DNA of 64,000 nucleotides from Malacoraja senta (taxonomy: Eukaryota). The DNA lies in the NCBI GenBank assembly GCA_038087875.1, contig CM075987.1, positions 16,494,001 through 16,558,000 of the forward strand, given 5' to 3'. A program made the translations under genes and the position numbers. Of this stretch, positions 13,845 through 26,292 are shown in pieces. Position 1 is the stretch's first letter; each line of letters opens with the position of its first letter. Under the pieces are notes generated by a model. That model saw nothing but the letters and a program-made list of their open reading frames with translations. It was not told where the DNA came from and ran no database searches.

Positions 13845-16429
13845 CTGAACAGTGGTAAAGAGACAGGATAACTCAGAGAAAGAGAGGAAGAAATGACAGA
13901 AGGTACAGCAAACAAAACCAATCTTACTTCCTTGGAATCCCATGAAAAGAACCATCATTTTGTGTGAAAACATCCATAATTTATATTTATTTTATGCAGC
14001 CCCCATTTGCAATACCCCTCACTGCATTTGCTGTGTGATCTGGAACTGATGTTCAAGGTCATCAGCAATCTTCTGAAATAAGTCCATATTTAGCAAACAT
14101 GTTATAACTTTTTTTTTAAACTGAAAAGTTAGCATCATACTTCAGTTGTCCATAGTTTTTATTTTAGAACAGCACTTGTATTCTACAGCTTTATAGTCAC
14201 ATTAACGGCATTGAAACGTTTTCTCCCCTTGTTTAAAGTAAATAAAATTAGATGCCACAAGTTCTATAAAAGCTAATTAACTTTCCCTTTAAATGAAAAG
14301 TCAACAATCTAAAAATGGCTTGGTCTTGCTGACCAATTTCTTCACATCGCTTTTCATTTACAGACTGTCCACAAATTAGAACTATTCAGCACACTTCCAG
14401 AATCTTCAGAATCCTATGCATATGCAGTGTTTAATTCAGAACAAACATAAGCCTAAAGAAAATATTCTGAAGTATAAGAAGTACAAAGTTATTAGAGGAT
14501 GTTATGAGGAGCCAGCAGATGTGGTGCAGGCTTTTGAGTAAAATCTGCACCGATGGTTTAGAGGAGGAAGGGCGGTAAATATATTGGCATATATTGAGAA
14601 TTGATTAACAGATAGAAAGCAAGAAGTTCAAATAAATGGACCCTTTTTCAGTTTGGCTGGCTCTAACCAATTTTAGGGGGTTTAGGGGGATTGGTATTTG
14701 GGCCCCACCCAGTTACAAACTAAACCATCACTTTGGATGAGTGGACCAGTCACCTTTCCAAAGTTGCCAGATGAGATGGAGAGTCGGTAGAAGAAATAGA
14801 GAGGCTTCAGGGGGATATAGACTAACTCCATTATTGGTTGGAAATAAAGCATATATCAAATAAGGAAAATTATGAAGTTATCTACTTTGGGGCACAAAAC
14901 AGATATATTTCATGATGGTGACAAACTTGGAAACTTCAATGTTCGAGAAACCCAAGTGTCCTTGTATGCAAGTGATTAAGTATCCGAATACAGCTCCTCC
15001 TTAATGTTACCTTGCTGGAGCTGTGCATGGATGGGAAGCAAGGGTTCAACCACATATCTCAAAGAAATACATGCTTCCATCACAATCCATGAGCAATATT
15101 TTTGTCCTGTTCAAACCTCTGGTACGGTTAGATTTCATTTAGACATTCATATGATTATTTTCTAACACTAAGTAGTGGAATAAATGTTGAATGCTCAGCT
15201 GACAGCCAAGGGCATCACGAGCATCTAGCATCAGGCAAATTTTAATGAACATCCTTGCTCATAACTATTGACTATTGCATTTCAAAGAGCAGAAAATCAA
15301 ATGCTGGGGAATAGGCAGAAGTTACTTACTAAACTGCCAGTTAAAAAAAAGATACATATTGCTGGAGTAACTCAGTGAGTCAAGCTGCCAGTTAACCTGT
15401 TTTTAAATTTGGTTGCTATTGCCTTTAACTAAGTTTAAAGGCATTCAATTATCCAATCAAATGTCTTACATCTTGCATGCAAATAGCAGATTGTGGTATT
15501 TAATGCAAGTAAGTTGGAGGTAATATTCTGAGACATAAATTTTACAGTTGGAGGAAAAGTAACTAGTTATATTTTGGCTCCTGATATAAAGAACAAGGCA
15601 TACACCATCAGCCAGGGTTCATTCATTAAAATTACAGCATCGATGGTTTATTTATCAAAATCCATACTGCTAATGCACACCTCCTTAATAATTGATAGAA
15701 TGTGCACACAACCTTAACTAGATAAGGTGCGTGTAAAATTGAGCCAAAATTTTAATTCCCACGGCAAATTAGTTGTCTCACCCAAAGCTGGAACAGGAAT
15801 AAAATTATTAGCCTCAGCATCTCCAGGCTTCAAGAAAAAGATAGTTAAGCATATCACATTAAGTAGTCTGCTGAATTTACTGTAAAAGTGTACACATGAA
15901 TAACGGCGAAAAAGACTCACAAGCGGCAAGATTTAATATCTTAGAAGAGAGAACAATCAAGAATTGAAAATAACATTCTCAGAAAATCATAGATGAAGGC
16001 ATTACGTGATGATTTCAGAAATAATTATCTGGTGCTGTGAGGATGCAGTTCTACTAATATGTATATGTGGAACAATAGCTGGGAGCCAATTAAATTCAAC
16101 CAAATAATTAAAATTAATATAAAAACAAACCAGTTGCTCACAATTCTTCCAACAAAATACTAACTGCATCAGAAACAAAAATCCTCAAATAGGAATGTAA
16201 CCATTTTCACATCCAGTTCTAAAAAGTTTTGAGAAATAAAGGACTATCTCACAAAAGAACAGAAGGTGAACCAAGGTAAATTCTTCAAATAATTCACATT
16301 CCTTCCATCAGGAATGCACAGGGGAGAAAGATACTTGCCAGTGATATCCATATACCACAAGTGAAAATAAAATTCACAAATCTAAAATCGGCTTTATACT
16401 TTGATGCAAATAGCCCGAGTAAAACATGC

Positions 16430-19400
16430 AATTGGCGGGTAGCAAACGTAACCGCACTTTTTAAGAAGGGAGGGAGAGAGAAAACGGGGAATTACAGACC
16501 AGTTAGTCTAACATCGGTAGTGGGGAAACTGCTAGAGTCAGTTATTAAAGATGGGATAGCAGCACATTTGGAAAGTGGTGAAATCATTGGACAAAGTCAG
16601 CATGGATTTACGAAAGGTAAATCATGTCTGACGAATCTTATAGAATTTTTCGAGGATGTAACTAGTAGCGTGGATAGGGGAGAACCAGTGGATGTGGTGT
16701 ATCTGGACTTCCAGAAGGCTTTCGACAAGGTCCCACATAAGAGATTAGTATACAAACTTAAAGCACATGGCATTGGGGGTTCAGTATTGATGTGGATAGA
16801 GAACTGGCTGGCAAACAGGAAGCAAAGAGTAGGAGTAAACGGGTCCTTTTCACAATGGCAGGCAGTGACTAGTGGGGTACCACAAGGCTCAGTGCTGGGA
16901 CCCCAGCTATTTACAATATATATTAATGACCTGGATGAGGGAATTGAAGACAATATCTCCAAGTTTGCGGATGACACTAAGCTGGGGGGCAGTGTTAGCT
17001 GTGAGGAGGATGCTAGGAGACTGCAAGGTGACTTGGATAGGCTAGGTGAGTGGGCAAATGTTTGGCAGATGCAGTATAATGTGGATAAATGTGAGGTTAT
17101 CCATTTTGGTGGCAAAAACAGGAAAGCAGACTATTATCTAAATGGTGGCCGACTAGGAAAAGGGGAGATGCAGCGAGACCTGGGTGTCATGGTACACCAG
17201 TCATTGAAAGTAGGCATGCAGGTGCAGCAGGCAGTGAAGAAAGCGAATGGTATGTTAGCTTTCATAGCAAAAGGATTTGAGTATAGGAGCAGGGAGGTTC
17301 TACAGCAGTTGTGCAGGGTCTTGGTGAGACCACACCTGGAGTATTGCGTACAGTTTTGGTCTCCAAATCTGAGGAAGGACATTATTGCCATAGAGGGAGT
17401 GCAGAGAAGGTTCACCAGACTGATTCCTGGGATGTCAGGACTGTCTTATGAAGAAAGACTGGATAGACTTGGTTTATACTCTCTAGAATTTAGGAGATTG
17501 AGAGGGGATCTTATAGAAACTTACAAAATTCTTAAGTTCACCCCGTCGCCTCACCGGACTGGTCGAACCGCGCCGCCCCACCGACCATCCGCCTACCGGG
17601 ACCTCCCACGCATCGCCCGTGGACCCCGACTCTACTGCCCACCTACCCCGACCATCGGGTCCGCCGACCCTCGCCACTGCAACGCCCTCCAGCCCCACCG
17701 ACCCCGACTACACTGCCCACGGACCCCGACCGTCGGGTCCGCTGACCCTCGCCACTGCACCTCCCTCCAGCAGCCCGCAGCCGTCGCCTTACCTGCAAAC
17801 TGGACTCTGTACTGGGCCTGAAGCCTCCACGCTGTTCACTCCCACTCTCCTGGGTTTGACTCCACTGGGTCCTAGCGCTAGTCTGCCTAGCCCTTGTTAC
17901 CTCAGTGGCTGTTCCACTGATTCTTCCCCATCCCTCTCCAACTATGGGACCACTTCTCTTCCACACCCACACCACTGCCCTCTCACCCCCCCACCCCCTG
18001 ACCACCCACCACCCCACCACCACACATCGCCTCGTCCCCATTACACCCACCTGCCTTCCTCCGGCCCCAACCCCCATCCCTGCCGGGTGTTCACCATCCC
18101 CCCCGACCTCCCCCTCTCCGACATCGAACGGTCTGTCCTCAGCAGAGGTCTTACCTTTGTCCCCCTCCGTCCCCATCTCAATGAGTTCCGTGCCCTCCAT
18201 GACTTGGAACGCTTCTACCGTCGCCTCCGCCTCACAGCTCACTTCCATGGGAAGCAGTCCTCGCTCCCCACTGATGACCCCTTTTCCCGTCTCCAACGCA
18301 CCCCATCCTCATGGAACCCCCCTCGCAGCCTTCCGGCTTTAGAACTCTTTATTAAAAACTGCCGCCGTGACATCAGCCGCCTCAACTTCTCCACTCCCCT
18401 GTCTCACTCCAATCTCTCCCCCCTTGAACGCACTGCCATCGACTCACTCCGCAACAACCTAGATTGGGTTATCAAACCCGCCGACAAGGGAGGTGCCGTG
18501 GTAGTCTGGCGCGTCGACCTCTACAAAGCTGAGGCCACGCGCCAACTCTCGGACACCTCTTCCTACTTACCCCTGGACCATGACCCCACTGACGAGCACC
18601 AGGCCACCATCTCCAGCACCATCACCAACTTCATCCACTCCCACGCCCTGCCCGAACGAGCCTCCAACCTCATCGTTCCCCAGCCCCGCACAGCCCGCTT
18701 TTACCTTCTCCCCAAAATCCACAAACCTGACTGTCCCGGTAGACCCATTGTCTCTGCCTGTTCTTGCCCCACCGAACTCATCTCCACCTACCTCGACTCC
18801 ATACTATCCCCCTTGGTTAAATCCCTCCCCACCTATGTTCAAGACACCTCAGACACTCTCCGTCATCTCCGCGCATTCCACTCTCTAGGCCCTCACCCCC
18901 TCATCTTCACCATGGACGTCCAGTCACTGTACACCTCCATCCCCCACCAGGATGGTCTCAAAGCCCTCCGTTTTTTCCTCGACCGTAGAAGCAATCTATA
19001 CCCGGCCACTGACACCCTCCTCCGCCTAGCGGAGCTGGTACTTACACTTAATAACTTTTCATTTGACTCCTCCCATTTCCTCCAAATACAAGGCGTAGCT
19101 ATGGGCACACGCATGGGCCCCAGCTACGCCTGCCTCTTTGTCGGGTACGTAGAACAATCCCTGTTCAATGCGTACCAGGGCCCCATCCCCGACCTCTACC
19201 TCCGCTACATCGATGATTGTTTTGGTGCCACATCCTGCACCCACACACAACTGACTGACTTCATCCGCTTCACCACCAACTTCCATCCGGCACTCAAATA
19301 CACCTGGACCATTTCCGACACTTCCTTACCATTCCTTGACCTCACTATCTCCATCGCAGGTGATAGACTCCTTACCGACATCCACTACAAACCTACCGAC

Positions 19401-20894
19401 TCCCATGGCTATCTGGACTACACTTCTTCCCACCCTGCTTCCTGTAAAGACTCCATCCCCCACTCCCAATTCCTCCGTCTACGCCGCATCTGCTCCCAGG
19501 ATGAGGCGTTCCACACCAGGGCATCTGAAATGTCCTCATTCTTCAGGGAACGGGGGTTCCCCTCCTCCACCATAGATGAGGCTCGCACCAGGGTCTCTGC
19601 CATACCCCGCAACACTGCTCTCTCTCCCCATCCCCCCACTCACAACAAAGGCAGAGTCCCCCTAGTCCTCACCTTTCACCCCACCAGCCGTCACATACAA
19701 CAAGTGATCCTCCGTCAGTTCCGCCACCTCCAACGTGACCCCACCACTCGCCACATCTTCCCATCTCCCCCTATGTCTGCCTTCCGCAAAGACCGCTCCC
19801 TCCGTAACTCCCTTATCAATTCTTCCCTTCCCTCCCATACCACCCCCTCCCCTGGTACTTTCCCTTGCAACCGCAAGAGATGCAACACTTGTCCCTTCAC
19901 TTCCCCCCTCCACTCCATTCCAGGACCCAAGCAGTCGTTCCAGGTGCGACAGAGGTTCACCTGCATCTCCTCCAACCTCATCTATTGCATTCGCTGCTCT
20001 AGATGCCAGCTGATCTACATCGGTGAGACCAAGCGGAGGCTTGGCGATCGTTTCGCCGAACACCTCCGGTCGGTCCGCAATAACCAACCTGAACTCCCGG
20101 TGGCTCAGCACTTCAACTCCCCCTCCCATTCCGTATCTGACCTCTCTGTCCTGGGTCTCCTCCATGGCCACAGCGAGCAACACCGTAAATTGGAGGAAAT
20201 GCACCTCATATTCCGCTTGGGCAGTCTACATCCTGGTGGCCTGAACGTTGAATTCTCCCAATTCTGCTAGCCCTGGCTGTCCCCTCCCCTTCATCAGCCA
20301 TCTGGTTGTCTCCGCCCCTCCCCCAGCCCTCGGGCTCCTCCTCCTCCTTTTCCTTTTTTCCTTTCTTCTCCCCACCCCCTATCAGTCTGAAGAAGGGTTT
20401 CGGCCCGAAACGTTACCTATTTCCTTCGCTCCATAGATGCTGCTGCACCCGCTGAGTTTCTCCAGCATTTTTGTGTACCTTCGATTTTCCAGCATCTGCA
20501 GTTCCTTCTTTAACAAAATTCTTAAGGGGTTGGACAGGCTAGATGCAGGAAGATTGCTCCCGATGTTGGGGAAGTCCAGGACAAGGGGTCACAGCTTAAG
20601 GATAAGGGGGAAATCCTTTAAAACCGAGATGAGAAGAACTTTTTTCACACAGAGAGTGGTGAATCTCTGGAACTCTCTGCCACAGAGGGTAGTCGAGGCC
20701 AGTTCATTGGCTATATTTAAGAGGGAGTTAGATGTGGCCCTTGTGGCTAAAGGGATCAGAGGGTATGGAGAGAAGGCAGGTACGGGATACTGAGTTGGAT
20801 GATCAGCCATGATCATATTGAATGGCGGTGCAGGCTCGAAGGGCCGAATGGCCTACTCCTGCACCTAATTTCTATGTTTCTATGTTTCTATGTT
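16430..20894 (+). mobile_element. CR1 LINE, 5'-truncated, split by the PLE at 17537-20512
   Basis: RT motifs NYRPVSLTS, YLDFQKAFDKV, GVPQGSVLGP, FADD. Sequence resumes at 20513; (TATGTTTC)n tail. Confidence 0.93.
17537..20512 (+). mobile_element. Penelope-like retroelement (Neptune-type), 5'-truncated, uninterrupted RT + GIY-YIG ORF to 20270
   Basis: RT motifs IKPADKG, MDVQSLYTSI, GVAMGTRMGPSYA, YLRYIDD; CNRKRCNTC linker; GIY-YIG NLIYCIRCSRCQLIYIGET. Hammerhead-like core in the 3' region (20386-20415). 14-bp TSD ACAAAATTCTTAAG. Confidence 0.93.
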
Positions 20895-21034
20895 AATTAT
20901 CGTGAGTCTTTCATAGAGTGGGTATGGGAATATTTATTAAGCCGGATAAAGGTGCACTGCAGAAAACTTGTATGTTGGAAAACAATTACATCAACTAGAC
21001 TCTCGACCATAACTTTAAATCTGCAGTGATTTAC

Positions 21035-21154
21035 CTCACAATTTTCTTGGTCATTATTGTCGGGAGCTCTTGCTGCTTCTGTTCCATCGTCTGTTCTTCT
21101 CTTCTTTCTGGCACCTGGAGTCGGCGGAGTTTTCTTCTGCTGGAATTCCTTCAA
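21035..21154 (-). CDS. GOLGA2: GOLGA2 coding exon 2 (p115-binding/basic NLS region)
   Basis: tttctcctttcaaaag|TTG...GAG|gtaaat, 120 nt. Encodes LKEFQQKKTPPTPGARKKRRTDDGTEAARAPDNNDQENCE, aligning with mammalian LREYQQRNSPGVPTGAKKKKK. Confidence 0.93.
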
Positions 21155-21279
21155 CTTTTGAAAGGAGAAACATCATGTAATGTATTGAAATCACTCAGCT
21201 TTCAAAAAATTTGTTCTACATGGGAGCATATTTTCACCACACAACTTGGAAAAGAACCATTTTTAAATAAGGGTGCTAA

Positions 21280-23970
21280 AACCCACTGACTCCCATATCT
21301 ATCTAGACGACGCTTCATCCCACCCTGCTTCCTGTAAAGACTCTATTCCCTACTCCCAATTCCTCCGTCTACATCGCATCTGCACCCAGGATGAGGTTTT
21401 CCATACAAGGGCATCAGAGATGTCCTCATTCTTTAGGAAACAGGGGTTCCCCCCTTCCATTATAGATAAGGCTCTCACTAGGGTCTCCTCCATATCCCGC
21501 AGCTCCGCTCTTGCTCCCCCTCCCCCCATTCGCAACAAGGACAGAGTCCCCCTTGTCCTCACCTTCCACCCCATCAGCTGTCGCATACAGCATATAATCC
21601 TCCAACATTTTCACCACCTCCAACGGGATCCCACTACTGCCCACATCTTCCCATCTCCACCCCTTTCTGCTTTCCAGAGACTGTTCTCTCCGCAATTTCC
21701 TGGTCAACTCGTCCCTTCCCACCCAAACCACCCCCTCTCCAGGTACTTTCTCCTGCAAACGCAACAGATGCAACACCTATCCCTTTACCTCCCCCCTCGA
21801 CTCCATCCAAGGACCCCGGCAGTCTTTTCAGGTGAGGCAGAGGTTCATTTGCACCTCCTCCAACCTCATCTATAGTATCCGCTGTTCCAGGTGTCAACTC
21901 CTGTATATCGGCGAGACCAAGCGCAGGCTCGGCAATCGTTTCGCTGAACAGCTCCGCCTAGTCCACCTTATTCACATTAGGCAGGAAATTGTGTTGGATA
22001 GACTGATTGGACTGAAGGCTGATACATCCCCAGGGCCTGATAGTCAGCATACCAGGGTACTTAAGGAGGTGGCTCTGGAAATCATGGACGCATTGGCGAT
22101 CATTTTCCAATGTTCTATAGATTCAGGATCAGTTCCTGTAGATTGGAAGTTGGCTAACGTTATCCCACTTTTTAAGAAAGGCGGGAGAGATAACAGGGAA
22201 TTATAGACCAGTTAGCCTGACACGGTGGTGGGGAAGATGCTGGAGTCAATTATAAAATATGAAATAGCGGCACATTTGGATAGCAGTAACAGGATCGGTC
22301 CGAGTCAGCATAGATTTACGAAGGGGAAATCATGCTTGACTAATCTTCTGGAATTTTTTGAGGATGAAACTAGGAAAATGAACAAGGGAGAGCCAGTGGA
22401 TGTAGTGTACCTGGACTTTCAGAAATAATTCGATGAGGTCCCACATCGGAGATTAGTGGGCAAAATTAGAGCACATGATATTGGTGGTAGGGTACTGACA
22501 TGGATAGAAAATTGGTTGGCAGACAGGAAACAAATAGTAGGGATGTAAGGGAATAACTGGTCCCTTTCAGAATGGCAGGCAGTGACTAGTGGGGTACCGC
22601 AAGGCTCAGTGCTAGGACCGCAGCTATTTACAATATACATTAACGATTTAGATGAAGGGATTAAAAGTAACATTAACAAATTTGCAGATGACACAAAGCT
22701 GGGTGGCAGTATGAACTGTGAGGAGGATGCTATGAGGATGCAGGGTGACTTGGACAGGTTGGGTGAGTGGGCAGATGTATGGCAGATGCAGTTTAATGTG
22801 GATAAATGTGAGGTTATCCACTTTGGTGGCAAAAACAGGAAGGCAGATTATTATCTGAATGGTGTCGTGTTGGGAAAAGGGGAAGTACAACGAGATCTGG
22901 GTGTCCTTGTTCATCAGTCACTGAAAATAAGTAATCAGGTACAGCAGGCAGTGAAGAAAGCTAATGGCATTTTGGCCTTCATAACAAGAGGAGTTGAGTA
23001 CAGGAGCAAAGAGGTCCTTCTGCAATTGTACAGAGCCCAAGTGAGACCACACCTGGAGTATTGTGTGCAGTTTTGGTCTCCAAATTTGAGGAGGGACATT
23101 CTTGCTATTGAGGGAGTGCAGCGTAGGTTCACAAGGTTAATTCCCGGGATGGCGGGACTGTCATATGTTGTTAGAATTGAGCGTCTGGGCTTGTCTGCAC
23201 TGAAATTTAGAAGGATGAGAGGGAATCTTATTGAAACATAAGATTATTAAGGGATTGGACATGCTAGAGGCAGGATACATGTTCCCAATGTTGGTGGAGT
23301 CCAGAACCAGGGGCCACAGTTTAAGAATAAGGGGTAGGCCATTTAGAATGGAGATGAGGAACAACTTTTTCACCCAGAGAGTTGTGAATCTGTGGAATTC
23401 TCTGCCTCAGAAGGCAGTGGAGGCCAATTCTCTGGATGCTTTCAAGAGAGAGTTAGATAGAGCTCTTAAAGATAGTGGCGTCAAGGGATATGGGGAGAAG
23501 GCAGGGACGGGTACTGATTGTGGATGATCAGCCATGATCACAGTGAATGGCAGTGCTGGCTCGAAGGGCCGAATGGCCTACTCCTGCACCTATTGTCTAT
23601 TAACCCACCTACTCTCCCGGTTGCTCAGCACTTTAACTCCCCCTCCCAATCTGACCTTTCTGTCCTGGTCCTCCTCCATTGTCAGAGTGAGGCCCAGTGC
23701 AAATTGAAGGAACAGCACTTCATATATTGCTTGGGTAGCTTACACCCCAGCGGTATGACCAATGACTTATCTAACTTCAAATAGCCCTTGCTTTCCCTCT
23801 CTCTCCATCCCCTCCCCCTTCCCAATTCTCCAACCAGTCTTACTGTCTCCGACTACATTCTATCTCTGTCCCGCCCACTCCCCTGACATCAGTCTGAAGA
23901 AGGGTCTCGACCCGAAACATCCAGAGATGCTGCCTGTCCCACCGAGTTACTCCAGCATTTTGTATCTACC
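21280..23970 (+). mobile_element. Decayed PLE 3' half, interrupted by a CR1 (21971-23600)
   Basis: KPTDSH..., PYSQFLRL and GIY-YIG segments similar to the element at 17537. Resumes at ~23601; hammerhead core at 23893-23921. Confidence 0.88.
21971..23600 (+). mobile_element. CR1 LINE fragment (stops and frameshifts)
   Basis: SPGPD, YLDFQK, GVPQGSVLGP, FADD motifs and CR1 3'UTR ending in a TATTGTC-type tail. Confidence 0.9.
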
Positions 23971-26059
23971 ATGCTAAAACAAATATTAATTTGCGCAGGG
24001 GTTAAGTCCACTTTTAGAAAAGTATATTTGAAAATGTATATAATAATAAATTCTGCATTTTCATCTTAATTATATTTCAGCATATGCTTTTTTATACGAG
24101 CAATTACAGAAGCAGAAATAAATACTGAATCAAAAACATAAATGCTAAAAATGTTCAGATGAAGCAGCAATGGGAAGAAAAACCATAGTCAACATTTTAG
24201 AACTGATAATGACCTTGTTATTCATCTGTGCTGCCATCCGACCCGCTGAGTGCTTCTAGCATTTGCTATTTTTGTAAAGTGTGGCACAGTGACGCAGCTG
24301 ATAGAGCTGCTGCCTCACAGCCTCAGAGACACCGGTTCTTTCCTGACTTCTGGTCCTTTGTGTGTGGAGTTCATACATTCTCCCTGTGACCGTGCGTGTT
24401 TCCTCTGGGTGTTAGTTCCTCCCTCATCTATGTACGGGTTTGTAAGTTAATTGGCCTCTGTAAAATTGCCGATGGTGTGTAGGGAGTGGATGAGATAGTG
24501 GGATAACATAGAACTAGTGTGAACGGGTCGGCATGGACTCGATGGGCTGATGGGCCCATTTCTCTTCCACATCATTAAACAAAACTAAATGGAGCTTTCC
24601 CACGATTAACACGAATTGTTGAATACATGTGCCAGAGGAAATTATTTAAATTACCTGAAGGACTAATCACAATATCATTTAAATACAGCAGATAACAAAT
24701 TGGCCATTTTAATCCTACCACTTGGATCTCCCTGCCAATGCCAGAATAGGTCTGCCACCACCTCCTCTTCCTGAACTCTATTACTGCAGCTTCTGCCAAT
24801 TAAGCCTTGTCTTGGTAGCTATCAGGCAAAGCAGTGATCCAGGCTGGGGGATCTCCAGAACAAATGTTGACTTCAACAAACATTTTAGTTTGAGCAATAC
24901 TTATTTTCAGTATACAAGCACAGAATTCTGCATAACTACAACCTCTGATTAAAACATGGAGGTTATTCTACAGAAAGGAATAACTTAAAATTTTAGATAT
25001 ATAAATGGTCCAATTTTACCAATGTCCTAGCAGAGTCCTGATACATATATGATCATTAATAGCTGCTATTTCCATGATGACCAGTCCAATGTCACTTACG
25101 TGCCTTTCAAAGTACTCTTATACCAGTAATCACAGCCCTGATCTCCCTCTATAAACATTCCTAAATACTTCCTGAAAGTATAGAATTTCAATTATTAGTT
25201 TCCCATTCTACGGCACATGGACAGAAAATACAAGGTGCTACTGGCGGACACTTTAGAGGTAGCACCACCGCTATTGTTGACAGTGTACTTATTAGTCAGC
25301 TGTTCAAAGGAAATCCAATTTCTTGCTTAAGCAGACAATTCATACACCAACTTGCAAAATCTTCTTGATAAAAATGGCCAAAGTACTACAATAATTACTG
25401 TGAAAGTAATTGCTGTTAAACAGAATGGACAACAATTAACTGTCTGGGTACAGCACTTCTGGCAATGTATCTGCCATTGCAATAATTCAATAACAGAGGC
25501 TAGGACCTAGGAACTAAATCAAAGAACAGGTGCACTTCCTGGCACAAACACGGCTGACAATGAGTATCTGAGAACTGTTTTTTGCATAGAACATAACAGC
25601 ACAAAAGAAGGGCCTTCGACCCACAATGTCCGTACCAAACATGATGCCAGGTTATGATGCCATTCCCTGCATATCCTTTTGCAGAAGTGATTGTATTTCC
25701 TTAAGTCATCCGGTGAAACAAAAGCTTATCAATCACATTCCCAACCAAATGATGTGTACACAAGATCGAGGAACTTTTTAAATTATTGATTATTATACAT
25801 AACAAAAATAGCAAACCAAACACTGAAAAGGACAGGTACCTCCTTTAGTATAAACTAAATGCATTTATAATTGTATATCCCATTACAAGCTTTTTTTCTC
25901 CCTCTTTTCAACTAATCAATCATTTTAGAAATGTTCTAACTACTGCACTGTACATTGAAGCAGTATCAAAACAGATAATGACCAATTAATCATCAATCAT
26001 TCTTTGATGTTGGTTGGCGGATCCACATTGCACATGACGATGGGAGAAGCCATGTGTCC

Positions 26060-26292
26060 CATGTTCTTAATTAGAGTGTCCCATGTTCTTAATTAGAATC
26101 TTTCATGTCCACCTGCAAGAGCAGATAGACATTTTTTCACAGAAAAATATTGGTCAAGTGAAAGAACCTTTGACTATCCAGCATTCTTTCTGCTGTGCTT
26201 TGAAGCATCAAGCAAGATTATGTGTTGAACATTAGTGGAATGGGACTTGAACCCATGACCCTTAGTCTCAGAGGACAAAGTGTTATTACCAA
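26060..26292 (-). mobile_element. Old DeuSINE/SacSINE1-like SINE; possible relatives at ~52100-52240 and 62170-62285
   Basis: Recalled similarity to the shark SINE motif GGGACTTGAACCCA...CTCAGAGG; heavily diverged. Confidence 0.45.

Noticed and set aside
16361..17821. 486-aa ORF as a novel RT fusion protein
   Set aside because: It is a truncated CR1 RT frame reading through the junction into an off-frame part of the PLE, with a GTG start in flanking DNA.
17643..20244. Many overlapping and antisense ORFs in the PLE, and similar ones in CR1 copies
   Set aside because: By-products of C-rich codon bias in transposon coding sequence.
24575..24865. Short ORFs in GOLGA2 intron 1
   Set aside because: No recognisable homology or coherent exon structure.
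26054..26097. 22-bp tandem duplication (and a 19-bp one at 61021-61058)
   Set aside because: Ordinary slippage duplications within old repeats; not arrays.
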